A program made the position numbers and the translations under genes. From the NCBI GenBank assembly GCA_038209515.1, contig JBBQXQ010000001.1, positions 10,439 to 74,438 on the forward strand: DNA of 64,000 nucleotides, read 5' to 3'. Of the stretch, positions 18,890 through 27,170 are shown piece by piece. A model generated the notes under the pieces. That model saw only the letters and a list, made by a program, of their open reading frames with translations. It did not search any database and was not told the DNA's origin. The DNA is from Gemmatimonadales bacterium. Lineage in GTDB: Bacteria; Gemmatimonadota; Gemmatimonadetes; Gemmatimonadales; GWC2-71-9. How positions within the stretch are numbered: the first letter of the stretch is position 1; every line of letters begins with the position of its first letter.

Positions 18890-19423
18890 TTGGCGAAACG
18901 CGAGCAGAGCCGCGGCGGGCGGCGTCCCGTCATCGGGATTATGGGGGCGGGTCAGGCCAGTAGCGGGAGCCTGGCGGCGGCTCGCGAGCTCGGCGCACTC
19001 GTGGCTGAGCGGGGATGGATCGTTCTGACCGGCGGCCGACCCGCGGGCGTCATGGCCGCGGCCTGTGCCGGCGCCAAGCAGGTTCGGAACAGCTTGACGC
19101 TGGGCATTCTTCCCTGGGCCGACGGTGCCGGCTCCGATGTCGACATCGCGGTTTTCACCGCGATGGGTGACGCCCGGAATGCGATCAACGTGCTCACCAG
19201 CGATGTAGTCGTGGCCTGTGGAGTGGAAGGGCCGGGCACCGCCTCGGAGGTCTCGCTGGCGCTCAAGGCAGGGAAGCCGGTCATCCTCCTTGCGGCTGCG
19301 CAGGCCGCGCGCGTCTTCTTTGAGAGCCTGAAGGCCCGTGGCCGGCTGATCGGTGCCGATGCTCCGATCGATGTCGTGCGGCTGATCGAAGTGGATCTCG
19401 CCATTCCTCGCTGGAGCCCATAG
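18890..19423 (+). CDS. TIGR00725/LOG-like (SLOG) Rossmann-fold protein
   Basis: IGIMGAG...IVLTGGRPAGVMAAA...GPGTASEVSLALKAGKPVILL pattern. TTG start. Confidence 0.65.
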   Translation: MAKREQSRGGRRPVIGIMGAGQASSGSLAAARELGALVAERGWIVLTGGRPAGVMAAACAGAKQVRNSLTLGILPWADGAGSDVDIAVFTAMGDARNAINVLTSDVVVACGVEGPGTASEVSLALKAGKPVILLAAAQAARVFFESLKARGRLIGADAPIDVVRLIEVDLAIPRWSP

Positions 19424-19436
19424 CCGGGAGCGACAC

Positions 19437-19751
19437 ATGCTGGTATGTCAGTGGAATCTCGACATCGTATACGGCAAGCAGGCCGACGCGCTGCGGGTGA
19501 TGCGAGCGTGGGGGGCGGAGAAGTTCGCCAGCTCGGAGTTCCGCCGTGCCCGCGGGAGCCGTCTACTCGCGGGGTTCGTCGGGGCCTCGGCGTCGCACAT
19601 CATCGACGAGTACCTGTTCGAGTCGCTGGCCGACTTCGAGGCGGCGCTCGCGGGGATGGCCGCTCCTCAGTTCCGCGCTCATTCCGATGGGCTGGCGCCC
19701 TTCATCGTACCCGGGTCGCAGCAGTGGGTGGTGTACCGGGTGCTCGAGTAA
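19437..19751 (+). CDS. Hypothetical small alpha/beta protein (NIPSNAP/Dabb-like?)
   Basis: 104 aa. RBS GGGAG 6 nt upstream and coding-like composition. The family assignment is only a guess. Confidence 0.5.
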   Translation: MLVCQWNLDIVYGKQADALRVMRAWGAEKFASSEFRRARGSRLLAGFVGASASHIIDEYLFESLADFEAALAGMAAPQFRAHSDGLAPFIVPGSQQWVVYRVLE

Positions 19752-19753
19752 TC

Positions 19754-21622
19754 CTAACGAGCCTCCTCGACGACGTAGGCCTCCATCGCGAAGTACTCGG
19801 CTAATCCCAGCCGGTCGAGCTCCGCGGCGGTCCCCTGGTTCCGCGCCTCGACTCGCTGCCAGAACTCACGCTCGTCGGGGCCGGGAAAGGGAGCGGTGTC
19901 CTTCTGGGACTGATGCTTGAAGATTGCCTGGATCTTGAGCCGCAGTTCCTCCTGCGACAGCGGGACCAGCCAGGTGGCCTCGGTGACCGGCCATTCCTGC
20001 CAGGCGCCGCGATAGAGCCATACCTCCGGCCGGCTCCCACCGGCGGCCACGTATGCCTCCAGCGCGCGATCGATTGCTTCCTTGCAGACCCGATGCGTCC
20101 CGTGGGGGTCGGAGAGGTCCCCGGCAACAAACACGAGATCGGGGCTCAGCTCCTCCAGCATGCTCCGCACGATCGCCACGTCGGGTGGCCCGATCGGGTC
20201 TTTCCTCACCTTTCCCGTCTGGTAGAACGGCAGATTCAGGAATCGTGCGGCCTGGTCGTCCAGGCCGAGTGTGCGGATGCCGGCTACTGCCTCCGACTCG
20301 CGGATGATTCGTTTGGTGTCCTGAACCTCCTGGGTGTCTACGTCGCCGGCGCGTTTGTGCGAGAGGAACTCGTTGATCCTCTGCCCCAGCTCCGCAGCCG
20401 CGGCCGCGGGGATGTGTCGCTCTCCGGCGAGCCGCCGGATGAAGTCGATGTGGCGGCGGACATCATGATCGAACACGGCCAGGTTGCCGCTGGTCATGTA
20501 CGCCACGGTGATCTGGTTCTCATTGATTGCCAGCTTGTGAAGGATGCCTCCCATCGAAATGACGTCGTCATCGGGGTGCGGCGAAAAGCAGATGATACGC
20601 TTGCCCCGGGGCAACTTGGACCGGCCCCGGATCTTCGCCCCGAGCGCGTTGAACACCTCACCATTGAGCGCGCCGGGAGAGCCATACCGGGCCACCAACG
20701 ATGACAGGTGGTGCTCGGCGTAGTCCCCCTGAGTCAGCTTCAGGATGGCCTTACCGGTCTGATGAGAGAGCCAGACGACGGCCCGCACTACGAGGTGCTG
20801 ACTCCACTCCACCGGACCGAGAAGCCAGGGTGTCGCTTGCCGGGTCAGGGCCGCCGCCGCCGGGCGGTCGAGGTAGAAAGTCGTGTTGGCGTGATGCTGG
20901 AGGAACGTGGCCGCCACCTCGTGGTCTACCTCCCCTTCGACCGCGCGGCGCACGATCTCCCCCTTGTGCTCGCCCGTGGCGAGGATCAGGATCTCCCGCG
21001 CCTCGAAAATCGTCTCCACTCCCATCGTGATCGCTTCCCGGGGTACGTTCTCTTCACCGAAGAAGTCAGCGGCAGTGTCCTGTCGGGTGACGAGATCAAG
21101 GGTGACCGCTCGCGTCCGGCTTTCGGCTCCCGAGCCGGGCTCGTTGAACCCGATGTGACCAGTCCGTCCGATGCCGAGGATCTGAAGGTCGATACCGCCG
21201 GCCGCGCGAATCGCCGCTTCATACTGCCGGCACTCGGCCTCGACCTGATCGCGCGGGAGATCACCCCGGGGGACGTGGACGTTCGCCGCCACGATGTCCA
21301 GGTGGGAGAACAGATTCTCCCACATGAATCGATGGTACGAGTGGATGCTGCCGGGCTCCATCGGGTAGTACTCGTCCAGATTGAAGGTGACCACCTGGGC
21401 AAAGGTCAACCCCTCCTCGCCGTGCATCCGGATGAGCTCGCGATACACACCGATCGGCGTCGAACCAGTGGCAAGGCCCAGGACGACGCGGTCTTTTGCC
21501 CGGATCAGCTCGGCGATGCGGCGCGCCACGAGCCGGCCCATCTCCTCATGGTCATTTACGATGACCGTTCGGATCCGCTCCGAGCCGGCGCGGCGGTCAG
21601 GACGGGGTGAGCTGGATGTCAT
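19754..21622 (-). CDS. nagB: Glucosamine-6-phosphate deaminase fused to an LmbE/PIG-L-like deacetylase domain
   Basis: N-terminal half is NagB-like (GLATGSTP, DEYY, GIGRTGHIGFNEPGS). C-terminal half has PHPDDD and HRV motifs. ATG at 21622 preferred to the R/P/G-rich extension to 21769. Confidence 0.8.
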   Translation of the reverse strand: MTSSSPRPDRRAGSERIRTVIVNDHEEMGRLVARRIAELIRAKDRVVLGLATGSTPIGVYRELIRMHGEEGLTFAQVVTFNLDEYYPMEPGSIHSYHRFMWENLFSHLDIVAANVHVPRGDLPRDQVEAECRQYEAAIRAAGGIDLQILGIGRTGHIGFNEPGSGAESRTRAVTLDLVTRQDTAADFFGEENVPREAITMGVETIFEAREILILATGEHKGEIVRRAVEGEVDHEVAATFLQHHANTTFYLDRPAAAALTRQATPWLLGPVEWSQHLVVRAVVWLSHQTGKAILKLTQGDYAEHHLSSLVARYGSPGALNGEVFNALGAKIRGRSKLPRGKRIICFSPHPDDDVISMGGILHKLAINENQITVAYMTSGNLAVFDHDVRRHIDFIRRLAGERHIPAAAAAELGQRINEFLSHKRAGDVDTQEVQDTKRIIRESEAVAGIRTLGLDDQAARFLNLPFYQTGKVRKDPIGPPDVAIVRSMLEELSPDLVFVAGDLSDPHGTHRVCKEAIDRALEAYVAAGGSRPEVWLYRGAWQEWPVTEATWLVPLSQEELRLKIQAIFKHQSQKDTAPFPGPDEREFWQRVEARNQGTAAELDRLGLAEYFAMEAYVVEEAR

Positions 21623-21975
21623 CGGCACACTGGAAGAAATGGGGGAGTCGAGAAGCCGCCAAGCATGCAATCCATGGGCCAGGGTCTGGCCGGCGCCTCG
21701 AGTTGCTGGACTGGGGTAGCCGGGGCGGCCGACGGGTCGCCGGTTCCCAAATATGCGAGTCTGCCGCACCGAGGTCTGTCATGGGTCCCCGAGGCCCTCG
21801 GGCTGCGGCGACTCAAATCGCCCCTTATCGTCTCATTCGGCAGCCGAACCGGCTCGTAACAGCCGGCGCGGCTGAGCGGGGCGTTCCCGAAGCGGGGGAA
21901 CGCACGTAAGATGGAGCGGGATCGGGAGCCGCGTCGTGGCGACTCGACGCCAGGCCAGATGACGAGTGAGGAATA

Positions 21976-22422
21976 GTGGAACCAGAACCATCACTTCATA
22001 CCGCCGAAGACGCATCACCCCGCGAGCTGTGGAAGGCGAGCTGGAGGCTCCTCCTGATGCTCGCTATCCTCGGGCTGCTCGTCGTGCCGCTGATTCGCGA
22101 GCTGCCGCTGGGACAGAGTACCCAGACCGGATTACTGGCCTGGGTGCTCGTGGGCCTCGCGCTCTACTGGCTCTACGCGGGGATGGGCTACCGTCCGTTG
22201 CTGCTGCTCCAGCTCATGCTCTTCTCCGGCGCCGCCGCTCTGCTGAGCGCCAAGCTGCTGCTTGTCGCGGCGGACGTCCACCGTCTGACCGTGCTCCGGT
22301 ACGCCGCGCGAGGCTTGATCCTGGTGGGCGCCGGGTGCGCCATGGCCAATCTCATTGCCATGCTCCTGCTCCTTTGGCGGAAGTCCCGTCCCCGTACCCC
22401 GGCGCACGGGGGGCACACCTGA
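21976..22422 (+). CDS. Integral membrane protein (hypothetical)
   Basis: 148 aa with about 4 hydrophobic helices. GTG start after GAGGA. Confidence 0.5.
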   Translation: MEPEPSLHTAEDASPRELWKASWRLLLMLAILGLLVVPLIRELPLGQSTQTGLLAWVLVGLALYWLYAGMGYRPLLLLQLMLFSGAAALLSAKLLLVAADVHRLTVLRYAARGLILVGAGCAMANLIAMLLLLWRKSRPRTPAHGGHT

Positions 22423-22434
22423 TCGGGGCGCGGC

Positions 22435-22881
22435 ATGGATGATTCACCCATCGAGGTCTGTCACGGTGAGGTGGTCATCTCGACCGACCGCACGCGTATC
22501 GACCCCGATGCCGCACTGGGGCTCCTTCGAGCGACTCACTGGGGCACAGGGATGAGCCGCGAGACCCTGACCCGAGCTATCGCCAACTCGATCTGCTTCG
22601 GAGTGTATCAGGGCAGCGAGCTAATCGGGTTGGGCCGGGCGGTCACCGATCTGGCCACCTTCGCCTATTGGACCGACGTGGTGATTGCCCCGACGCATCG
22701 CGGCCGGGGATTGGGTCGCCGGCTTTCGGACTGCATGCTGACTCACCCCGAGTTGCAGAGTCTGCGACGGGTGGCGCGGCTGACGCGGGATGCCGCCGAT
22801 TTGTACACACAAATGGGGTTCTCGCAGGGTCCCGGTCCGCTCATCTACATGGAGCGCAAACCGCCGGGGAACGCTGTGTGA
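22435..22881 (+). CDS. GNAT family N-acetyltransferase
   Basis: Acetyl-CoA binding motif HRGRGLGRRL within an alpha/beta GNAT-like layout. Confidence 0.75.
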   Translation: MDDSPIEVCHGEVVISTDRTRIDPDAALGLLRATHWGTGMSRETLTRAIANSICFGVYQGSELIGLGRAVTDLATFAYWTDVVIAPTHRGRGLGRRLSDCMLTHPELQSLRRVARLTRDAADLYTQMGFSQGPGPLIYMERKPPGNAV

Positions 22882-23327
22882 CGGCTCGATGGCTCGCCGC
22901 ATCACTTCATCTACTTGCGCTTGGCATCGGGTTGGGAGCGGTGTGGGCTCGCGGCCGAGCCCTCCGATCGTCGCTGGAGGCCGGGACTCTCCGGGAGGTC
23001 TTCTTCGCGGATACGCTGTGGGGCCTTGCAGCCGTCCTCTGGATCAGCACAGGACTCTGGCGACTACTTGGCGGACTGGAGAAGGGAACCGGCTATTACC
23101 TGCAGAACCATCTCTTCCTGACAAAGATGGCCTTGCTGGCTCTGGTTCTGCTGCTCGAGATCCGACCGATGATCACGCTGATCCGGTGGCGCAAGACGCT
23201 GTCGCGGGGAGAGGCCCCGGACACCAAGGCGGCTCCGCTGTTGGGTCGCATCAGCTTTGTGCAGGCCTGGTTGATCGTGCTGATGGTCTTTGCCGCGGCG
23301 GCAATGGCTAGGGGGATGGGTATGTAG
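22878..23327 (+). CDS. DUF2214-like membrane protein
   Basis: GTG at 22878 overlaps the GNAT stop (GTGA). About 149 aa with 4 TM helices. The upstream part of track ORF 22668.. is out-of-frame overlap with the GNAT gene. Confidence 0.55.
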   Translation: MTARWLAASLHLLALGIGLGAVWARGRALRSSLEAGTLREVFFADTLWGLAAVLWISTGLWRLLGGLEKGTGYYLQNHLFLTKMALLALVLLLEIRPMITLIRWRKTLSRGEAPDTKAAPLLGRISFVQAWLIVLMVFAAAAMARGMGM

Positions 23328-23562
23328 TCAGCTGAAGTACCTTGTTAATCAAACTTTGTAGTAAATTGCCATATCGCGACTTACCAGTTGATCCTCAGGT
23401 TGGGTATGAAGCTACGTTCCAGCCGTGGGCGGCATTGTTCGGGATGTGGTGGTTCAGGATGAGGCTGTGGACGGGAGCTGCGGCGATAGCGGGATGTTGT
23501 TGGCCGAGGGGCACCCGTAGCATCTTTCGTCGAGACCCGACACTCTGAGTCGTGGAGGATCG

Positions 23563-23916
23563 ATGGCGGAACCGAGCCTGATCGAGCAGGTCGGCATTCT
23601 CAACTCAACGCTGACGGCAATTGAAGGCCGGCTCGCACGGGGGCAAGCGCCGGTCGAGGGCTTGGAGGATTTCAAGAGCTCACTCGACGACATGCGGCTG
23701 CGGCTCTGGGGGCTTCTCAGCGCGGCTGGTGGTGATGATTACAAGGGATTTCAGGAGCGATTCCGGATCCGGCGCGCCACCGAGATGTGTCGAGGGCTGA
23801 GTGGAGACCTCCGAGCCGGCGGTGTGAGCGGGCGGCACGCGGAGCTCTCCGGCTTGTACGATGCTGCCGCCGAGTTGGGCAAGAGCATCGATCAGGCCCG
23901 CCAGCACGCGTTCTAA
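23563..23916 (+). CDS. Hypothetical helical protein
   Basis: 117 aa. RBS GGAGGA upstream and high third-position GC. Confidence 0.55.
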   Translation: MAEPSLIEQVGILNSTLTAIEGRLARGQAPVEGLEDFKSSLDDMRLRLWGLLSAAGGDDYKGFQERFRIRRATEMCRGLSGDLRAGGVSGRHAELSGLYDAAAELGKSIDQARQHAF

Positions 23917-23955
23917 ACGGAGCGGGTTTCTGTCGAATTCTCATCTGGAGGCGCG

Positions 23956-24132
23956 ATGTCGAAGCGTGAAGACGCCCGTATAGCAGCGTTGGCCAAGAAG
24001 AATGCGGAGAAGGTCGTGCCGCCCAAGCGCGACAAAGCCGCGCAGTTCGACTCTACGCTCCGGCAGCGCTCCGAGGAAGAGGAGCCGGAGACCCGGCGTC
24101 TGTTCAAGGAAATGAAGCGCCGGGAGTTCTGA
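23956..24132 (+). CDS. Small highly charged protein, 58 aa (not in the ORF track, below its cutoff)
   Basis: ATG at 23956 preceded by GGAGG. Translation: MSKREDARIAALAKKNAEKVVPPKRDKAAQFDSTLRQRSEEEEPETRRLFKEMKRREF. The stop lies 7 nt before the next gene. Confidence 0.5.
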   Translation: MSKREDARIAALAKKNAEKVVPPKRDKAAQFDSTLRQRSEEEEPETRRLFKEMKRREF

Positions 24133-24139
24133 GCACGGT

Positions 24140-24769
24140 ATGGCGCCATCACGGCCTAGACGGCCGGTCACCGCGGTTGCCGTTTCCTTCCTTCTTTTCG
24201 TCGGGGCTCTTCTTCTCATCGGTGTTGCCGCCCAGCACCTGCTGCCGCTCGCCCGCAGGGCGCTGCCGGGCCAGGGCCAGACGACGGTCACGCAGGGTGT
24301 GGTGGTCGAGAAGATGCGTGCCGTCGCCAAGCTCGTCACCAGCGAGACCACCGTCCGCGATGTCGTGGTGTACCAGAACCGGCGTCTCGGATCGACCAAG
24401 CGCTCGCTCGTGGTCGTGACCGGAACGATCCTGGCCGGGATCGACCTCGATGCGGGAACCCAGGTGGACATCGACCACCGAGCCCGCCAGGTGCATATCG
24501 TCCTCCCACCTGCGAAGGTGATCGGCGTCGAGGTAACGCAGCTTCGGACCTATGACGAGCGTAGCGGATTGTGGAATCTTTTCCGTCCGGAGGACCGCGA
24601 CACGATCTTCCAGCTCGCCCGGGATCAATTGGTCGACGCAGCCGGAGAGTTGGGCGTGACGGCCCACGCCCAGGAAAGCGCCCGTCGTCTGCTGGGCGCG
24701 CTGATAAATCCGGACGGCTACACTGTAGACGTCGCGTTTTCAGAGCACCCGAGGGGCGCCGACCGCTAA
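24140..24769 (+). CDS. DUF4230 domain protein (N-terminal membrane anchor)
   Basis: 209 aa. TM helix followed by a KLVTSETTVRDVV...VVVTGTILAGIDL pattern typical of DUF4230. Confidence 0.65.
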   Translation: MAPSRPRRPVTAVAVSFLLFVGALLLIGVAAQHLLPLARRALPGQGQTTVTQGVVVEKMRAVAKLVTSETTVRDVVVYQNRRLGSTKRSLVVVTGTILAGIDLDAGTQVDIDHRARQVHIVLPPAKVIGVEVTQLRTYDERSGLWNLFRPEDRDTIFQLARDQLVDAAGELGVTAHAQESARRLLGALINPDGYTVDVAFSEHPRGADR

Positions 24770-24781
24770 ATCAAAGGCCTC

Positions 24782-25000
24782 ATGAAACAGCTAAGTCTGG
24801 AACATCGGGGAAAGCAGATCACGGCCGCACTGGGAGGCGAGCCTCCGATGTGGTACGTCACCATAGGCGGCACCGCGCTGACCAAGTTCCCGGCCCGACC
24901 GGACGACACGGAGGCCTCGGTTCGAGGACGCGTGCTCGCCTGGCTGGAGGCCAACCCCGATATGCTCGACCGGGATCAGATCGTTCTCGGAGGAGGCTGA
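24782..25000 (+). CDS. Small hypothetical protein, MWY-motif paralog 1
   Basis: 72 aa. Shares an ungapped motif block with the next ORF (HRG...MWY..G...P..P....G.L.W). Confidence 0.55.
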   Translation: MKQLSLEHRGKQITAALGGEPPMWYVTIGGTALTKFPARPDDTEASVRGRVLAWLEANPDMLDRDQIVLGGG

Positions 25001-25041
25001 CTGCGGTTACATTTCTCCCCGTCCATTCCAGCGAGTTCTCC

Positions 25042-25311
25042 GTGAGTAGCCATAAAGTCGAGCAGCGCCGCCTCAGTCACCGAGGCCGTGAGTTTCACTT
25101 CGTCTCCTACGAGGCCCAGGTGGCCAACGAACGCCGCGGCCAGCCGGCGATCCCGGCCATGTGGTACCTGATGAACGAAGGGAAGCGTCGGCCTGTCCTG
25201 CCCCACGTCCCGGGTCAGGAGCCGATCGAGCTCGACGGGGCGCTCTTGCGCTGGGTGGACGAGCAGGTCTTTGGGGGCACGCTTCAGGCCAGGCCGGCGC
25301 GGCGGAGATGA
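25042..25311 (+). CDS. Small hypothetical protein, MWY-motif paralog 2
   Basis: GTG at 25042 is the first start-type codon after paralog 1, in the frame of track ORF 24571... About 89 aa with high GC3. Confidence 0.5.
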   Translation: MSSHKVEQRRLSHRGREFHFVSYEAQVANERRGQPAIPAMWYLMNEGKRRPVLPHVPGQEPIELDGALLRWVDEQVFGGTLQARPARRR

Positions 25312-25333
25312 GGCGCGCTTCGGATCTGGCCTG

Positions 25334-25816
25334 ATGAACTTCGACCCGCTCAACCCGGAGACGCAAACATTCTGGCTCCGTCTCGGGACGGCCATCCTCT
25401 GCGGCGGCATTATTGGCCTCGAGCGGCAACTGCGGGGCAAGGCCGCGGGGATCCGCACCAGCATTCTGATCTGCCTTGGCACACAGCTGTTCGTGGGGTT
25501 GGGCGCCTCGTTTTCGGGCGATCGGGTGGACCCGACCCGGGTCCTCGCCCAGGTCGTCACCGGCATCGGCTTTCTGGGCGGTGGAGTGATCCTGGCGCGT
25601 GAGGGCGCCGTCGTTGGAGTCACCTCTGCCGCGGTCATCTGGGTGCTGGCTGCGCTGGGATCGCTTATTGGCCTGGGGCACCTGGCGGCCGCTATCGTAC
25701 TCACTCTGGTGACAGTTGGACTGCTCATCGGGGTCGAGCTCCTGGAGTCGGTCTTTCGTCGGCTGCGGCAAGGGGCGACGGAGCGGGAGCTGGAGCGGAT
25801 CGACCTCGAAGAATGA
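25334..25816 (+). CDS. MgtC/SapB family membrane protein
   Basis: ATG at 25334. LRLGTAILCGGIIGLERQLRGKAAGIRT signature. Confidence 0.8.
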   Translation: MNFDPLNPETQTFWLRLGTAILCGGIIGLERQLRGKAAGIRTSILICLGTQLFVGLGASFSGDRVDPTRVLAQVVTGIGFLGGGVILAREGAVVGVTSAAVIWVLAALGSLIGLGHLAAAIVLTLVTVGLLIGVELLESVFRRLRQGATERELERIDLEE

Positions 25817-26340
25817 GTCGCCGCACCCTGTCGGCGCGCGCCGCCCTATTCCTGACGATGCTCCTGGCCGCGTGCAGCGACCGGGCCGCGGTCCAGTCCC
25901 GCACCCATTCCCCGCCCGCATCACCCGACGATAGCGCCTTCGCCCAGGTACAGACCCGAGGTCACGTGGCCATGGGCGTGGACCAGTACACCTCTACTCA
26001 CCACTTCGAGCCGTTGCCTGACGGCGGGCGCATCACCCTGGTCCGTGACAGCGATGATCCAGCCGGGGTGACTCAGATCCGGGCTCACATGGCGGAGATC
26101 GGCGCGGCCTTTCGGCGGGGGGATTTCACCGTCCCCGGCTTCGTGCATGATCGCACGGTCCCCGGGACGGCGATCATGGCGGCGCGCCAATCCCTGATCA
26201 ACTACATCGCGGATACCGTGCCGCACGGTGGCTCGCTTCGAATTCATTCCACCGACTCCGCGGCAATCGCGGGGATCCACCAGTTCCTCGCCTTTCAGCG
26301 CCAAGACCATCGGTCGCCTCATGCCGACGCCTCGCACTAA
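25813..26340 (+). CDS. Lipoprotein, hypothetical
   Basis: ATGA overlap with mgtC-like gene. Lipobox MLLAAC. Confidence 0.6.
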   Translation: MSRRTLSARAALFLTMLLAACSDRAAVQSRTHSPPASPDDSAFAQVQTRGHVAMGVDQYTSTHHFEPLPDGGRITLVRDSDDPAGVTQIRAHMAEIGAAFRRGDFTVPGFVHDRTVPGTAIMAARQSLINYIADTVPHGGSLRIHSTDSAAIAGIHQFLAFQRQDHRSPHADASH

Positions 26341-26860
26341 GCAGCCGGAACAGGTGGTGGCGCTTGCGGCCATGCTCGACCGGGACCTTGCAACGCTCCG
26401 GCGCGAGGTCGAAGCCTACCCCGACGAGCGGGATCTGTGGCGAGAGATACCTGGCGTCGCGAATGTCGGCGGCACGCTGGTCCTGCATCTCACCGGCAAT
26501 ATCCAGCATTATTTCGGCGCCCGGCTGGCGGGCACCGGCTACGTGCGCGACCGGCCCGCCGAGTTCGCCCGCCGGAACGTGCCTCGGCCAGAGCTGCTGA
26601 GGGGGATCGATGCCGCGCGCGCAGCGGTCAAAGCCGCATCCACTGCCGTGGGCGCGGCGCAGCTGGCAGCCGATTTTCCCGAGTTGGTCGCCGGCTCCCG
26701 GGTCAGGACGGGTGACTATCTCGTGCACCTCGCGGTCCACTTTGCGTACCATCTCGGGCAGCTCGACTATCATCGGCGGGTCGTGACCGGCATGAACACG
26801 AGTGTGGATGCCGTGCGGCCAATAGAGCTGAGCTCGGCGCGCCCGGCCGGAGAGCGCTGA
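26321..26860 (+). CDS. DinB-family (DinB_2-like) protein
   Basis: ATG at 26321. LVLHLTGNIQHY and HFAYHLGQLDYHRR His motifs. Confidence 0.65.
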   Translation: MPTPRTKQPEQVVALAAMLDRDLATLRREVEAYPDERDLWREIPGVANVGGTLVLHLTGNIQHYFGARLAGTGYVRDRPAEFARRNVPRPELLRGIDAARAAVKAASTAVGAAQLAADFPELVAGSRVRTGDYLVHLAVHFAYHLGQLDYHRRVVTGMNTSVDAVRPIELSSARPAGER

Positions 26861-26894
26861 CCCCCTGAGCTAGCCCACACAGGAAGGCGTCGAG

Positions 26895-27119
26895 ATGATT
26901 CTCCTGCTCCTCCTGAAAAGGGAAGTACTTCTGCTGGTCGCGCTGGTGCTCGTGCTCGACGCCGTGTTCGTGGCCATTTACTTCATGGGTAACGTCCGGG
27001 GCGCATCTGACCCAGCCAAGGTGGTGTTTACCGCGGTCTGGACTCTGGCCATTCTGGTCATTGCCGTCCGCGGGCTGTCGAGAATACGGAGTGCCCGCCT
27101 GCACAAGCCGCTGGACTGA
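26895..27119 (+). CDS. Small two-TM membrane protein (hypothetical)
   Basis: 74 aa with two hydrophobic helices. RBS-like AGGAAGG upstream. Confidence 0.45.
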   Translation: MILLLLLKREVLLLVALVLVLDAVFVAIYFMGNVRGASDPAKVVFTAVWTLAILVIAVRGLSRIRSARLHKPLD

Positions 27120-27170
27120 GCCCACACCGTTGAAGGCTGCGCTCCCACCATCACCAAGGGACGCTCGCGC

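Noticed and set aside
21623-21769. 49-codon N-terminal extension of the NagB fusion (GTG at 21769)
   Set aside because: The extension is R/P/G-rich with no similarity to NagB N-termini. ATG at 21622 gives the usual short leader before the IRTVIV strand.
24571-25041. N-terminal 157 codons of track ORF 24571-25311
   Set aside because: This part overlaps the DUF4230 gene and MWY paralog 1 in other frames and is Arg/Gly/Pro-rich. Only the portion from GTG 25042 looks coding.
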